64,000 nucleotides of DNA from the human T2T-CHM13v2.0 reference genome, Homo sapiens. Of this stretch, positions 12,294 to 27,163 are shown piece by piece (position 1 is the stretch's first letter; the number at the start of each line of letters is the position of its first letter). The stretch is from the NCBI RefSeq assembly GCF_009914755.1, contig NC_060940.1. The stretch is one strand, 5' to 3'. Below the pieces are notes generated by a model. It was not told where the DNA came from. It ran no database searches and saw only the letters and a list, made by a program, of their open reading frames with translations. A program made the position numbers and the translations under genes.

Positions 12294-15200
12294 GATGATT
12301 CCATTCGATTGCATTCGATGATTCCATTATATTCCAGTCAACGATGATTCCATTCGAGTCCATTCGATGATTCCATTAGAGTACATTTAATGATAGCTTT
12401 GTTTTCAATTCGAAGATGATTACATTGGATTCCATTCTATGATACCATTCGATTCCATTCAATGATGATTCCACTCAAAACCATTGGATGATTCCATTCG
12501 TGTCCATTCGGTGATTTCATTAGATTCCATTCGAGGATGATTCCATTCGATTCCATTCGATAATGATTACATCCGAGTACATTCGATGATTCCATTTGAG
12601 CCTGTTCGATAATTCCATTTGAGTCCAACGAATGATTCCATTCATTTCCATTCAATGATTCCATTCGAGTCCATTTGATCATTCCGGTAGGGTCCGTTCG
12701 ATGTTGATTCCATTGGAGTGCATTCGATGATTCCATTCGAGTCCATTTTAGGATTTGATTCGAGTCCTTTCGATGATTCCATTCGATTCCACTCGATGAT
12801 GATTTCATTCGAGTCCATTCGACACTTCCAACCGATTCCATTTGATGTTTCCATTCGAGTCCAATTGATGATTCCATTCAATTCCATTCGATGATGATTC
12901 CGTACGATTCCATTCTGTGATGATTCCATGTGATTGCATTCAATGATGATTCCTTTCGATTGCATTCGATTATGATTCATTTCGTGTTCATTCTATGGTT
13001 CCACAGGTTTCCATTCGTGTCCATTCCATTATTCCATTCTATTCCATTTGATGATGATTCCACTCGATTCCATTTGATGATTATTCCATTGGAGTCCACT
13101 TAGTGAATACTTTAGATTCTAATCGAAGATGATTCCATTCGAGTCCATTCGATGATACCATTCAATTCTATTCGTTGATGCTTCCATTCAAGTGCATTCG
13201 ATGATATCATTCGATTCCATTTGATGATAATTCCATTTGATTCCATGCGATGATTCTATTCGATTCCATTCAATGATAATTCCATTCAATACAGTGATTC
13301 CTCTGGACTCCATTTGATGATGATTCCATTCAATGATTCCATTCGATTCCATTCCAAAATGATTCCATTTGAATCCATTTGATGATGATTCCATTAGATT
13401 CCATTTGATGATTCCATTCGATTCCATTTGACGATGATTCCATTCGATTCCATTTGATGATTCCATTCTATTCTATTCGATGATGATTCCATTCGATTCC
13501 ATTCGATGATGATTGGATTCGATTCCATTTGATGATTTCATTTGATTCCATTCGTTAATGATTTCGATCAACTCCATTCGATGATTCCATTTAATTCCAT
13601 TCGATAATGATTACATCCGAGTCCATTCGATGATTCCATTTGAGCCCGTTCGATAATTCCATTTGAGTCCAATCAGTGATTCCATTCATTTCCATTCAAT
13701 GATTCCATTCGAGTCCATTTGATCATTCCGGTAGGGTCCGTTCGATGTTGATTCCATTGGAGTGCATTCGATGATTCCATTCGAGTCCATTTTAGGATTT
13801 GATTCGAGTCCTTTCGATGATTCCATTCGATTCCACTCGATGATGATTTCATTCGAGTCCATTCGACACTTCCAATCGATTCCATTTGATGTTTCCATTC
13901 GAGTCCAATTGATGATTCCATTCAATTCCATTCGATGATGATTCCGTACGATTCCATTCTGTGATGATTCCATGTGATTGCATTCAATGATGATTCCTTT
14001 CGATTGCATTCGATTATGATTCATTTCGTGTTCATTCTATGGTTCCACAGGTTTCCATTCGATGACGTTTCCGTTCGTGTCCATTCCATTATTCCATTCT
14101 ATTTCATTTGATGATGATTTCATTCGATTCCATTCATTGGTGATTCCACTCAATTCCATTCAATGATTCCATTCCATTTCTTTCAACAATGATTCCATTA
14201 GTTTCTATTCGATGATCCACTTGATTCCATTTGGCGATGATTCCATTCGTGTCCATTCGATGATTCCATTTGATTCCATATGATGATGATTCCATTCGAT
14301 TCCATACGATGATGATTCCATTCGTGTCCATTCAATGGTGATTCCATTCAATTCCATTCGATGATTCCTTCCGATTCCATTCGATGATGATGGCATTCGA
14401 TTCCTTTCAATCATTCCCTTTGATTCCATTCAAAGGTGATTTCATTCAAGTCCATTCGATAATTGCATTCGATTCCATTCTATGATGATTCCATTCGAGT
14501 CCATTTGATGATTCCATTCAATTCAAGTCAATGATGATTCCATTCGATTCCACTCGATGATTCCATTGGATTCCATTCGATGATGATTCCATTCAAATCC
14601 ATTCGATAATTCAATTCAAGTCCATTCGATGATGATTCCAATCGAATCCATTCAAAGATTCCATTCAATTCCATTCGATGATGATTCCCTTAGATTCCAT
14701 TCGATGATTCCACTTGATTCCATTTAAGATGATTCCATTCGATTCCATGTGATGAATCCATTCAATTCTATTCAATGATGTTTCCATTTGATTCCATTGG
14801 ACCATGATTGCCTTTGATTCCATTCAATGATTCCATTCGGTTCCATTTGATGATGATTCCGTTCGATTCCATTTCATTATTCCATTTGATTCCATTGGAT
14901 GAGTCCATTCGATTACATTCGATGATTATTCCATTCGAGTGCATTAGATGATTGCATTCGTGTCCATTCGATGATTCCATTCGATTCCATTCGATGTTGA
15001 TTCTGTTCAAATCCATTCGATGATTCCACTCGATTCCATTCGATGACTCCATTTGATCCCTTTCGATGATTTCCTGTGATTCCCTTTGATGATCATTCTA
15101 TTTGATTCAATTCGGTGATTTCATTTCATTCCATTCAGTGATGTTTCCATTCGACTGTATTCGATGATGATTCCATTCGACTCCATTCGATTATGATTTC

Positions 15201-15351
15201 ATTCAATTCCATTCCATAATGATTCCCTTCGAGTCCATTCGATGATTCCATTCGATTCCATTCAACGATGATTTGATTCGTTTCCATTCGATGATTCCAT
15301 TTGATTCCACTTGATGATGATTCCATTCGAGTCCATTTGATGATTCCATTC

Positions 15352-17182
15352 GAGTCTATTTATGTATTATATTCGTGTCCACTTCATGATTCCATTCAAT
15401 TCCATTTAATGTTGATTCCATTTGATTCCATTTGATGATTCAGTTCGATTCCTTGCAATGATTCCCTACGATTCCTTTCTATGCTGATTCCATTCGATTC
15501 CATTCATTGATGATTTCATTCGACTCCATTCGATGATGATTCCTTTCGATTCCATTTGACGATGTTTCCATTCGAGTCCATTCGATGATGATTCTATTCA
15601 ATTCTGTTCTATTATGATTCCATTCGATTTCATTCAATGCTTCTATTTGATTCCATTCGATGATGATTCCATCTCTTTCCCTTCGATGATTCCATTTGAT
15701 TCCATTCAGTGATGATTCCATTTGATTCCATCTGATGATGATTTCACTTGATTCCTTTCAATGATGATTCAATTCAAGTCCATTCGATGATTCCATTGGA
15801 GTCCAAACGATCATTCCGTTCGATTCCATTCAATGGTGATTCCATTCATGTCCATTCGATGAATCCATTCAATTCCATTCGATGATGACTCCATTCGAGT
15901 ACATTCGATGATTCCATTTGATTCCATTTGAAGATGATTCCATTCAATTCCATTCGAAGATGATTCCATTCAATTCCATTCGATGATGATTCCGTATGAA
16001 TCCATTCTCTGATTATTCCATTCGATTCCATTCATTGACGATTCCATTCAATTCCATTCAATGATGATTCTCTTCTATTCCATTCGATGATTCCGGTCGA
16101 TTCCATTCGATGATGATTCCATTAGATTCCATTCGATTGTTGCATTCGATTCCCTTCGATGATGATTCCTTTGAATTCCATTCGATTATCATTCCGTATG
16201 AATCCATTTGATGATTATTCCATTGGATTCCTTTCGATGATGATTCCATTCGATTCCATTTGATGATGTTTCTCTTGTATTCCATTGGATAATTCCTTTC
16301 AGTTCCCTTCGATGATTATTCTTTCGAGTCAATTCGATGATTCTATTCCATTCCCTTCGATGATGATTCCATTTCACTCCATTTGATGATTCCATTCGAC
16401 TCAATTTGGTGATGATTCAATTCGATGACATTCGATGACTCCATTCAATTTCATTTGATGATGATTACATTCGAGTCCATTTGATGATTGTATTCCTTTC
16501 CTTTTGATGATTATTCCATTCGTGTCTATTCAAAGGTTCCATTCTATTCCATTCAATGATGATTGCATTTGATTCCATTCAATGATTATGGCTATCGATT
16601 CCACTCGTTGATTCCATTTGATTCCGTTCGATGATTATTCTGTTAGATTCCATTAGAAGATTCCATTCGATTTTATTCAATGATTCCAATGGATTCCATT
16701 CAATGATGATTCCATTCGACTCCATTCAGTGATTCCATTCGAGTCCATTTGATGATTCCATTCTTTTCCATTTGATGATGATTCCATTAGGGTCCATTCA
16801 ATGATTCCATTCGAGTCCATTCGTTAATGCCTTTCGAGTCCTTTTGATCACTACATTCGAGTCCATTCAATGATTCTATTCGATTCCATTCCATGATGAT
16901 TCCATTCGAGTTCATTCGATGATTGCATTCGAGTCCATTTGATGATTCCATATGATTCCCTTCGACAATGATTCCATTCGTGTCCATTTGATGATTCCAT
17001 TCATTTCCTATCGATGAAGATTCCATTCAAGTGTATTCGATGATTCCATTCAAATCCATTCGATGATGATTCCATTCCAGTCCATTCGATCATTCCACTT
17101 GATTCCATTTGATGACTATTCCATTCAAATCCATTTGATGATTCCATTCGATTCCATTCGATGTTACCATTCGAGTATATAT
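15352..17182 (+). repeat. Block X copy 1: ~1.83-kb diverged HSat2 segment absent from the 6112-bp unit
   Basis: Starts GAGTCTATTTATGTATTATATTC and contains GAATTC at 16173, GGCTATCG and GTTAATGCC. ORFs 15479-17026 have no counterpart in canonical units. Confidence 0.85.
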
Positions 17183-20100
17183 GATGATTCCACTCGATTC
17201 CATTTGATGATTATTCCATTGGAGTCCACTTAGTGAATCCTTTAGATTCTACTCGAAGATGATTCCATTCGAGTCCATTCGATGATACCATTCAATTCCA
17301 TTCGTTGATGCTTCCATTCAAGTGCATTCGATGATATCATTCGATTCCATTTGATGATAATTCCATTTGATTCCATGCGATGATTCTATTCGATTCCATT
17401 CAATGATAATTCCATTCAATTCAGTGATTCCTCTGGACTCCATTTGATGATGATTCCATTCAATGATTCCATTCGATTCTATTCGAAAATGATTCCATTT
17501 GAATCCATTTGATGATGATTCCATTGGATTCCATTTGATGATTCCATTCGATTCCATTCGATGATGATTCCATTCGATTCCTTTTGATGAATCCATTCTA
17601 TTGTATTCGATGATGATTCCATTCGATTCCATTCGATGATGATTGGATTCGATTCCATTTGATGATTTCATTTGATTCCATTCGATAATGATTTCGATCA
17701 ATTCCATTCGATGATTCCATTCGATTCCATTCGATAATGATTATATCCGAGTCCATTCGATGATTCCATTTGAGCCCGTTCGATAATTCCATTTGAGTCC
17801 AATCAATGATTCCATTCATTTCCATTCAATGATTCCATTCGAGTCCATTTGATCATTCCGGTAGGGTCCGTTCGATGTTGATTCCATTGGAGTGCATTCG
17901 ATGATTCCATTCGAGTCCATTTTAGGATTTGATTCGAGTCCTTTCGATGATTCCATTCGATTCCACTCGATGATTTCATTCGAGTCCATTCGACACTTCC
18001 AATCGATTCCATTTGATGTTTCCATTCGATTCCAATTGATGATTCCATTCAATTCCATTCGATGATGATTCCGTACGATTCCATTCTGTGATGATTCCAT
18101 GTGATTGCATTCAATGATGATTCCTTTCGATTGCATTCGATTATGATTCATTTCGTGTTCATTCTATGGTTCCACAGGTTTCCATTCGATGATGTTTCCA
18201 TTCGTGTCCATTCCATTATTCCATTCTATTCCATTTGAAGATGATTCCATTCGATTCCATTCATTGGTGATTCCACTCAATTCCATTCAATGATTCCATT
18301 CCATTTCTTTCAACAATGATTCCATTAGTTTCTATTCGATGATCCACTTGATTCCATTTGACGATGATTCCATTCGTGTCCATTCGATGATTCCATTTGA
18401 TTCCATATGATGATGATTCCATTCGTTTCCATACGATGATGATTCCATTCGAGTCCATTCAATGGTGATCCATTCAATTCCATTCGATGATTCCTTCCGA
18501 TTCCATTCAATGATGATGGCATTCGATTCCTTTCGATCATTCCCTTTGATTCCATTCAAAGGTGATTTCATTCAAGTCCATTCGATAATTGCATTCGATT
18601 CCATTCTATGATGATTCCATTCGAGTCCATTTGATGATTCCATTCAATTCAAGTCAATGATGATTCCATTCGATTCCATTCGATGATTCCATTGGATTCC
18701 ATTCGATGATGATTCCATTCAAATCCATTCGATAATTCAATTCAAGTCCATTCGATGATGATTCCAATCGAATCCATTCAAAGATTCCACTCAATTCCAT
18801 TCGATGATGATTCCCTTAGATTCCATTCGATGATTCCACTTGATTCCATTTACGATGATTCCATTCGATTCCATGTGATGATTCCATTCAATTCTATTCA
18901 ATGATGTTTCCACTTGATTCCATTCGAACATGATTGCCTTTGATTCCATTCAATGATTCCATACGGTTCCATTTGATGATGATTCCATTCGAGTGCATTA
19001 GATGATTCCATTCGAGTCCATTCGATGATTCCATTCGATTCCATTCGATGTTGATTCTGTTCAAATCCATTCGATGATTCCACTCGATTCCATTCGATGA
19101 CTCCATTTGATCCCATTCGATGATTTCCTTTGATTCCCTTTGATGATCATTCCATTTGATTCAATTCGGTGATTTCATTTGATTCCATTCAGTGATGTTT
19201 CCATTCAACTCCTTTCGATGATGATTCCATTCGACTCCATTCGATTATGATTTCATTCAATTCCATTCGATAATGATTCCCTTCAAGTCCATTCGATGAT
19301 TCCATTCGATTCCATTCAACGATGATTTGATTCGTGTCCATTCGATGATTCCATTTGATTCCATTTGATGATGATTCCATTCGAGTCCCTTTGATGATTC
19401 CATTCAATTCCATTCTCTGATGATTTCTTTTGAGGCCACTCAATGCTTCCACTAGATTCCATATGATGATGACTCCATTCGATGAAATTCGATGATGATT
19501 CCATTCGCTTGCATTCGATGATGATTCCACTTGAGTCCGTTAGAAGATTCTATTCAATTACATTCCATGACGATTCTGTTCGAGTCCATTTGATGATTCC
19601 ATTAGACTCCATTCGACGATGATTCCATTCGATGTTATTCGATGATGATTCCATTCAACTCCATTCGATGTTTCCATTCGAGTTCATTCTATTATTCCAT
19701 TAGATTCCATTCGATGATGATTCCATTCGATTCCATTTGATGATTGCATTCTATTTCATTTGATGATGATTCCATTCGAGTCCATTCGATGATTCCATTC
19801 GAGTCCATTTAATGAATCCATTGGTTTCAATTCTATGATGATTACATTGGATTCCATTCGTTGATGATTTCATTCGATTCCATTCAATGATGATTCCATT
19901 CAATTCCATTCAATGATTCCATTCAATTCCATACGATGATGATTCCATTTGATTTGATTCGACAGTGAGCCATTCGATTCAATTCCATGATGATTCTATT
20001 TGATTCAATTGGTTGACATTTCCATTCGATTCCATTCGATGATGATTCCATTTGATTCCATTCAAAGATGATTCCATTCTAGCCCATTCAATCATTCCAT

Positions 20101-23100
20101 TCGATTCTATTCAATGATGATTCCATTCATGTCGATTTGGTGATTCCATTTGACTTCATTTGATGATGATTCCTTTCAAGTTCATTGGATGATTCCATTC
20201 GATTCCATTTGATGATGATCCCATTCGAGTCCATTCAGTGATTCCACTCGTTTCCATTCCATGATGATTCCATTCCATTCCATTCAATGATTCCATTCGA
20301 TTCCGTTTGATGATGATTTCATTCGAGTCCATTTGATGATTCCATTTGATTCCATTCGATGATGATTACATTCGAGTCCATACGATGATTCCACTCAATT
20401 CCATATGATGATGATTCCATTCGATTCCATTCGATGATTCCATTCTATTCTATTCAATGGTGATTCCATTCGAGTACATTAGATGATTCCATTCGATTCC
20501 ATTCAATGATGATTCTATTTGTGTCCCTTAGATGGTTCCACATGATTCCATTTCATGATGATACTATTTGAGCCCATCCAATGATTCCCTTCGATTCCAT
20601 TCGATGAGGATTCCATTCGATTCAATTCATTGGTGATTCTATTCAATTCAATTCTTTGATTCCATTCCATTCCATTCGACAATGATTCCATTCGATTTCT
20701 TTCGATGATTCCACTCGATTCCACTTGACATTGATTCCATTCGATTCCATTCAATGATTCCGTTTGATTCCAGTGGATGATGATTGCCATCGATTCCATT
20801 CGATCACTCCATTCTATTCCATTTGATGATGATTACATTCGATTCCATTTGATGATTCCATCTGATTCTATTCGAGGATTCCATTTGATTCCATTCGATG
20901 ATGATTCCATTCGAGTGCATTCGATGATTTCATTCGAGTACATCCAATGATTCCATTCGAGTCCATTTGATGATTCCATTTGATTCCATTTGATTATGAT
21001 TCTACTAGAGTCCATTCAATGACTCCATTCGAATCCATTCTACAATTCCATTCGAGGCCATTCGATGATTCCATTTCATGATTCCATTCGAGTCCATTTA
21101 ATCATTACAGTCGAGTCCATTTGGTGATTCCACTGGATTTCTTTTGATAATGATACCATTCAATTACATTTGATGATGATCCCATTCAATTTCATTTGAT
21201 GGTGATTCCATTAGAGTCCATTCGATGATTTCATTCGAGTCCCTTCATTGATTCCATCCGATTTCATTGGATGATGACTCCATTCGAGTCCATTCGATGA
21301 TTCCACTCGATTCCATTAGATGATTCCATTGGAGTCCATTTGATTGTTCCATTCGATTCTATTCGATTCCTTTCGAAGATTATTCCATTTGAGTCCATTC
21401 GATGATGATTCCATTCCATTCCATTCGATGATTCCGTTTGATTCCATTCGATGATTCCCTTCGATTCCTTTCTTTGATGATTCCATTCCATTCCATTCAA
21501 TGATTCCATTCGAATCTATTCCATGATGATTCCTTTCGATTCCATTCGCTGATGTTTCCGTTCAATTCCATTCGATGATGATTCCATTCGATTCCATTCA
21601 TTGAGGATTCCATTTGATTCCATTCAATGATGATTCCATTCTATTCCATTCAATGATTGCATTCAATTCCATTCAATGATTATCCCCTTAGAGTAAACTC
21701 AACGATTCCATTCAATACCATTCGATGATGATTCCTTTTGAGTCCATTCAATGATTTCATTCAAGTCCATTTGATGATTCCTTTCAATTCCATTCTAGGA
21801 TGATTCCATTCGAGTCCATTCGATGATTCCATTCGATTGCATTCGATGATTCCATTATATTCCATTCAACGATGATTCCATTCGAGTCCATTCGATGATT
21901 CCATTAGAGTACATTTAATGATTGCTTTGTTTTCAATTCGAAGATGATTACATTGGATTCCATTCTATGATACCATTCGATTCCATTCAATGATGATTCC
22001 ACTCAAATCCATTGGATGATTCCATTCGTGTCCATTCGGTGATTTCATTAGATTCCATTCGAGGATGATTCCATTCGATTCCATTCGATGATTCCCTTCA
22101 ATTCCATTCGATGATGATTCCATTCCAGTCCATATGATCATTCCATTTGATTTCATTCGATGATGATTCCATTCGATTCCATTCGATGATTCCATTCTAT
22201 TCCATTCGATGATGATTCCACTCGAGTCCATTCGATGATTCCATTCGAGTCCATTTAATGATTCCATTGGGTTCAATTCAATGATGATTACATTGGATTC
22301 CGTTCTATGATTCCATTCAATTCCGTTCATTGACAATTTGATTCCATTCGATGATGATTCCATTTGAGTTCATTCGATGATTCTATTCGATTCTCTTCGA
22401 TGGTGATTCAATTCTATTATATTGGATGATTCCATTCGATTCCATTTGATGTTGATTCAATTCGATTCTATTCGATGATGATTCCATTGGATTTCACTTG
22501 ATGATTCTATTCGATTCCATTCAATGATGATTCACTTCTCGTCCATTGGATGATTCCATTTCATTCCATTCGATGATGATTCCATTCGATTCCATTCGAT
22601 GATTCCATTTGATTCCATGCGTCGGTGAGCAATTCGATTCAATTCCATGATGATTCTATTTGATTCAATTAGATGATGTTTCCATTCGAATCCATTCCAT
22701 GATTATTCCATTGGAATCCATTCGGCGATGATTCCATATGAGTCAATTCAATGATGATTCCATATGGGTCCGTTCGATGATAATTCCATTTGATTTCATT
22801 CGGTGCTTCTATTCAATTCCAGTCGATGATGATTCCGTTGGAGTCCATACGATGATTCCATTTGATTTCATTTGATGATGATTCCATTCGATGATGATTA
22901 CATTGGATTCCATTCTATGATTCCATTCAATTCCATTCGTTGATGATTCGATTCCATTCAATGATGATTCCATTTGAGTTCATTCGATGATTCTATTCGA
23001 TTCCGTTCGATGGTGATTCAATTCTCTTATATTGGATGAATCCACTCGATTCCATTTGATGATTATTCCATTGGAGTCCACTTAGTGAATCCTTCAGATT

Positions 23101-25332
23101 CTACTTGAAGATGATTCCATTCAAGTCCATTCGATGATACCATTCAATTCCATTCGTTGATGCTTCCTTTCAAGTGCATTCGATGATATCATTCGATTCC
23201 ATTTGATGATAATTCCATTTGATTCCATGCGATGATTCTATTCGATTCCATTCAATGATAATTCCATTCAGTTCAGTGATTCCTCTGGACTCCATTTGAT
23301 GATGATTCCATTCAATGATTCCATTCGATTCTATTCGAAAATGATTCCATTTGAATCCATTTGATGATGATTCCATTAGATTCCATTTGATGATTCCATT
23401 CGATTCTATGCGACGATGATTCCATTCGATACCATGTGATGATTCCATTCTATTCTATTCGATGATGATTCCATTCGATTCCATTCGATGATGATTGGAT
23501 TCGATTCCATTTGATGATTTCATTTGATTCCATTCGTTAATGATTTCGATCAATTCCATTCGATGATTCCATTCGATTCCATTCGATAATGATTACATCC
23601 GTGTCCATTCAGTGATTCCATTTGAGCCTGTTCGATAATTCCATTTGAGTCCAACCAATGATTCCATTCATTTCCATTCATTGATTCCATTCGAGTCCAT
23701 TTGATCATTCCGGTAGGGTCCATTCGATGTTGATTCCATTGGAGTGCATTCGATGATTCCATTCGAGTCCATTTTATGATTTGATTCGAGTCCTTTCGAT
23801 GATTCCATTCGATTCCACTCGATGATGATTCATTCGAGTCCATTCGACACTTCCAATCGATTCCATTTGATGTTTCCATTCGAGTCCAATTGATGATTCC
23901 ATTCAATTCCATTCGATGATGATTCCGTACGATTCCATTCTGTGATGATTCCATGTGATTGCATTCAATGATGATTCCTTTCGATTGCATTCGATTATGA
24001 TTCATTTCGTGTTCATTCTATGGTTCCACAGGTTTCCATTCGATGACGTTTCCGTTCGTGTCCATTCCATTATTCCATTCTATTTCATTTGATGATGATT
24101 CCATTCGATTCCATTCATTGGTGATTCCACTCAATTCCATTCAATGATTCCATTCCATTTCTTTCAACAATGATTCCATTAGTTTCTATTCGATGATCCA
24201 CTTGATTCCATTTGGCGATGATTCCATTCGTGTCCATTCGATGATTCCATTTGATTCCATATGATGATGATTCCATTCGATTCCATACCATGATGATTCC
24301 ATTCGAGTCCATTCAATGGTGATTCCATTCAATTCCATTCGATGATTCCTTCCGATTCCATTCGATGATGATGGCATTCGATTCCTTTCAATCATTCCCT
24401 TTGATTCCATTCAAAGGTGATTTCATTCAAGTCCATTCGATAATTGCATTCGATTCCATTCTATGATGATTCCATTCGAGTCCATTTGATGATTCCATTC
24501 AATTCAAGTCAATGATGATTCCATTCGATTCCACTCGATGATTCCATTGGATTCCATTCGATGATGATTCCATTCAAATCCATTCGATAATTCAATTCAA
24601 GTCCATTCGATGATGATTCCAATCGAATCCATTCAAAGATTCCATTCAATTCCATTCGATGATGATTCCCTTAGATTCCATTCGATGATTCCACTTGATT
24701 CCATTTAAGATGATTCCATTCGATTCCATGTGATGAATCCATTCAATTCTATTCAATGATGTTTCCATTTGATTCCATTGGACCATGATTGCCTTTGATT
24801 CCATTCAATGATTCCATTCGGTTCCATTTGATGATGATTCCGTTCGATTCCATTTCATTATTCCATTTGATTCCATTGGATGAGTCCATTCGATTACATT
24901 CGATGATTATTCCATTCGAGTGCATTAGATGATTGCATTCGTGTCCATTCGATGATTCCATTCGATTCCATTCGATGTTGATTCTGTTCAAATCCATTCG
25001 ATGATTCCACTCGATTCCATTCGATGACTCCATTTGATCCCTTTCGATGATTTCCTGTGATTCCCTTTGATGATCATTCTATTTGATTCAATTCGGTGAT
25101 TTCATTTCATTCCATTCAGTGATGTTTCCATTCGACTGTATTCGATGATGATTCCATTCGACTCCATTCGATTATGATTTCATTCAATTCCATTCCATAA
25201 TGATTCCCTTCGAGTCCATTCGATGATTCCATTCGATTCCATTCAACGATGATTTGATTCGTTTCCATTCGATGATTCCATTTGATTCCACTTGATGATG
25301 ATTCCATTCGAGTCCATTTGATGATTCCATTC

Positions 25333-27163
25333 GAGTCTATTTATGTATTATATTCATGTCCACTTCATGATTCCATTCAATTCCATTTAATGTTGATTCC
25401 ATTTGATTCCATTTGATGATTCAGTTCGATTCCTTGCAATGATTCCCTACGATTCCTTTCTATGATGATTCCATTCGATTCCATTCATTGATGATTTCAT
25501 TCGACTCCATTCGATGATGATTCCTTTCGATTCCATTTGACGATGTTTCCATTCGAGTCCATTCGATGATGATTCTATTCAATTCTGTTCTATTATGATT
25601 CCATTCGATTTCATTCAATGCTTCTATTTGATTCCATTCGATGATGATTCCATCTCTTTCCCTTCGATGATTCCATTTGATTCCATTCAGTGATGATTCC
25701 ATTTGATTCCATCTGATGATGATTTCACTTGATTCCTTTCAATGATGATTCAATTCAAGTCCATTCGATGATTCCATTGGAGTCCAAACGATCATTCCGT
25801 TCGATTCCATTCAATGGTGATTCCATTCATGTCCATTCGATGAATCCATTCAATTCCATTCGATGATGACTCCATTCGAGTACATTCGATGATTCCATTT
25901 GATTCCATTGGAAGATGATTCCATTCAATTCCATTGGAAGATGATTCCATTCAATTCCATTCGATGATGATTCCGTATGAATCCATTCTCTGATTATTCC
26001 ATTCGATTCCATTCATTGACGATTCCATTCAATTCCATTCAATGATGATTCTCTTCTATTCCATTCGATGATTCCGGTCGATTCCATTCGATGATGATTC
26101 CATTAGATTCCATTCGATTGTTGCATTCGATTCCCTTCGATGATGATTCCTTTGAATTCCATTCGATTATCATTCCGTATGAATCCATTTGATGATTATT
26201 CCATTGGATTCCTTTCGATGATGATTCCATTCGATTCCATTTGATGATGTTTCTCTTGGATTCCATTGGATAATTCCTTTCAGTTCCCTTCGATGATTAT
26301 TCTTTCGAGTCAATTCGATGATTCTATTCCATTCCCTTCGATGATGATTCCATTTCACTCCATTTGATGATTCCATTCGACTCAATTTGGTGATGATTCA
26401 ATTCGATGACATTCGATGACTCCATTCAATTTCATTTGATGATGATTACATTCGAGTCCATTTGATGATTGTATTCCTTTCCTTTTGATGATTATTCCAT
26501 TCGTGTCTATTCAAAGGTTCCATTCTATTCCATTCAATGATGATTGCATTTGATTCCATTCAATGATTATGGCTATCGATTCCACTCGTTGATTCCATTT
26601 GATTCCGTTCGATGATTATTCTGTTAGATTCCATTAGAAGATTCCATTCGATTTTATTCAATGATTCCAATGGATTCCATTCAATGATGATTCCATTCGA
26701 CTCCATTCAGTGATTCCATTCGAGTCCATTTGATGATTCCATTCTTTTCCATTTGATGATGATTCCATTAGGGTCCATTCAATGATTCCATTCGAGTCCA
26801 TTCGTTAATGCCTTTCGAGTCCTTTTGATCACTACATTCGAGTCCATTCAATGATTCTATTCGATTCCATTCCATGATGATTCCATTCGAGTTCATTCGA
26901 TGATTGCATTCGAGTCCATTTGATGATTCCATATGATTCCCTTCGACAATGATTCCATTCGTGTCCATTTGATGATTCCATTCATTTCCTATCGATGAAG
27001 ATTCCATTCAAGTGTATTCGATGATTCCATTCAAATCCATTCGATGATGATTCCATTCCAGTCCATTCGATCATTCCACTTGATTCCATTTGATGACTAT
27101 TCCATTCAAATCCATTTGATGATTCCATTCGATTCCATTCGATGTTACCATTCGAGTATATAC
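25333..27163 (+). repeat. Block X copy 2
   Basis: Offset 9981 from copy 1 (ORF 15479 vs 25460). GAATTC at 26154. Confidence 0.85.

Larger units (their letters stand above)
12161..21688 (+). repeat. Super-unit copy 1 (9528 bp), internally rearranged
   Basis: 9983 - 1498 (skip at ~12550) + 1044 (jump back at ~13060) - 1 = 9528, equal to the landmark spacing. Contains block X. Confidence 0.87.

Noticed and set aside
15355-15375. AT-rich TATTTATGTATTATA at the start of block X as a TATA box
   Set aside because: Explainable as a degenerate module, with no other promoter evidence.
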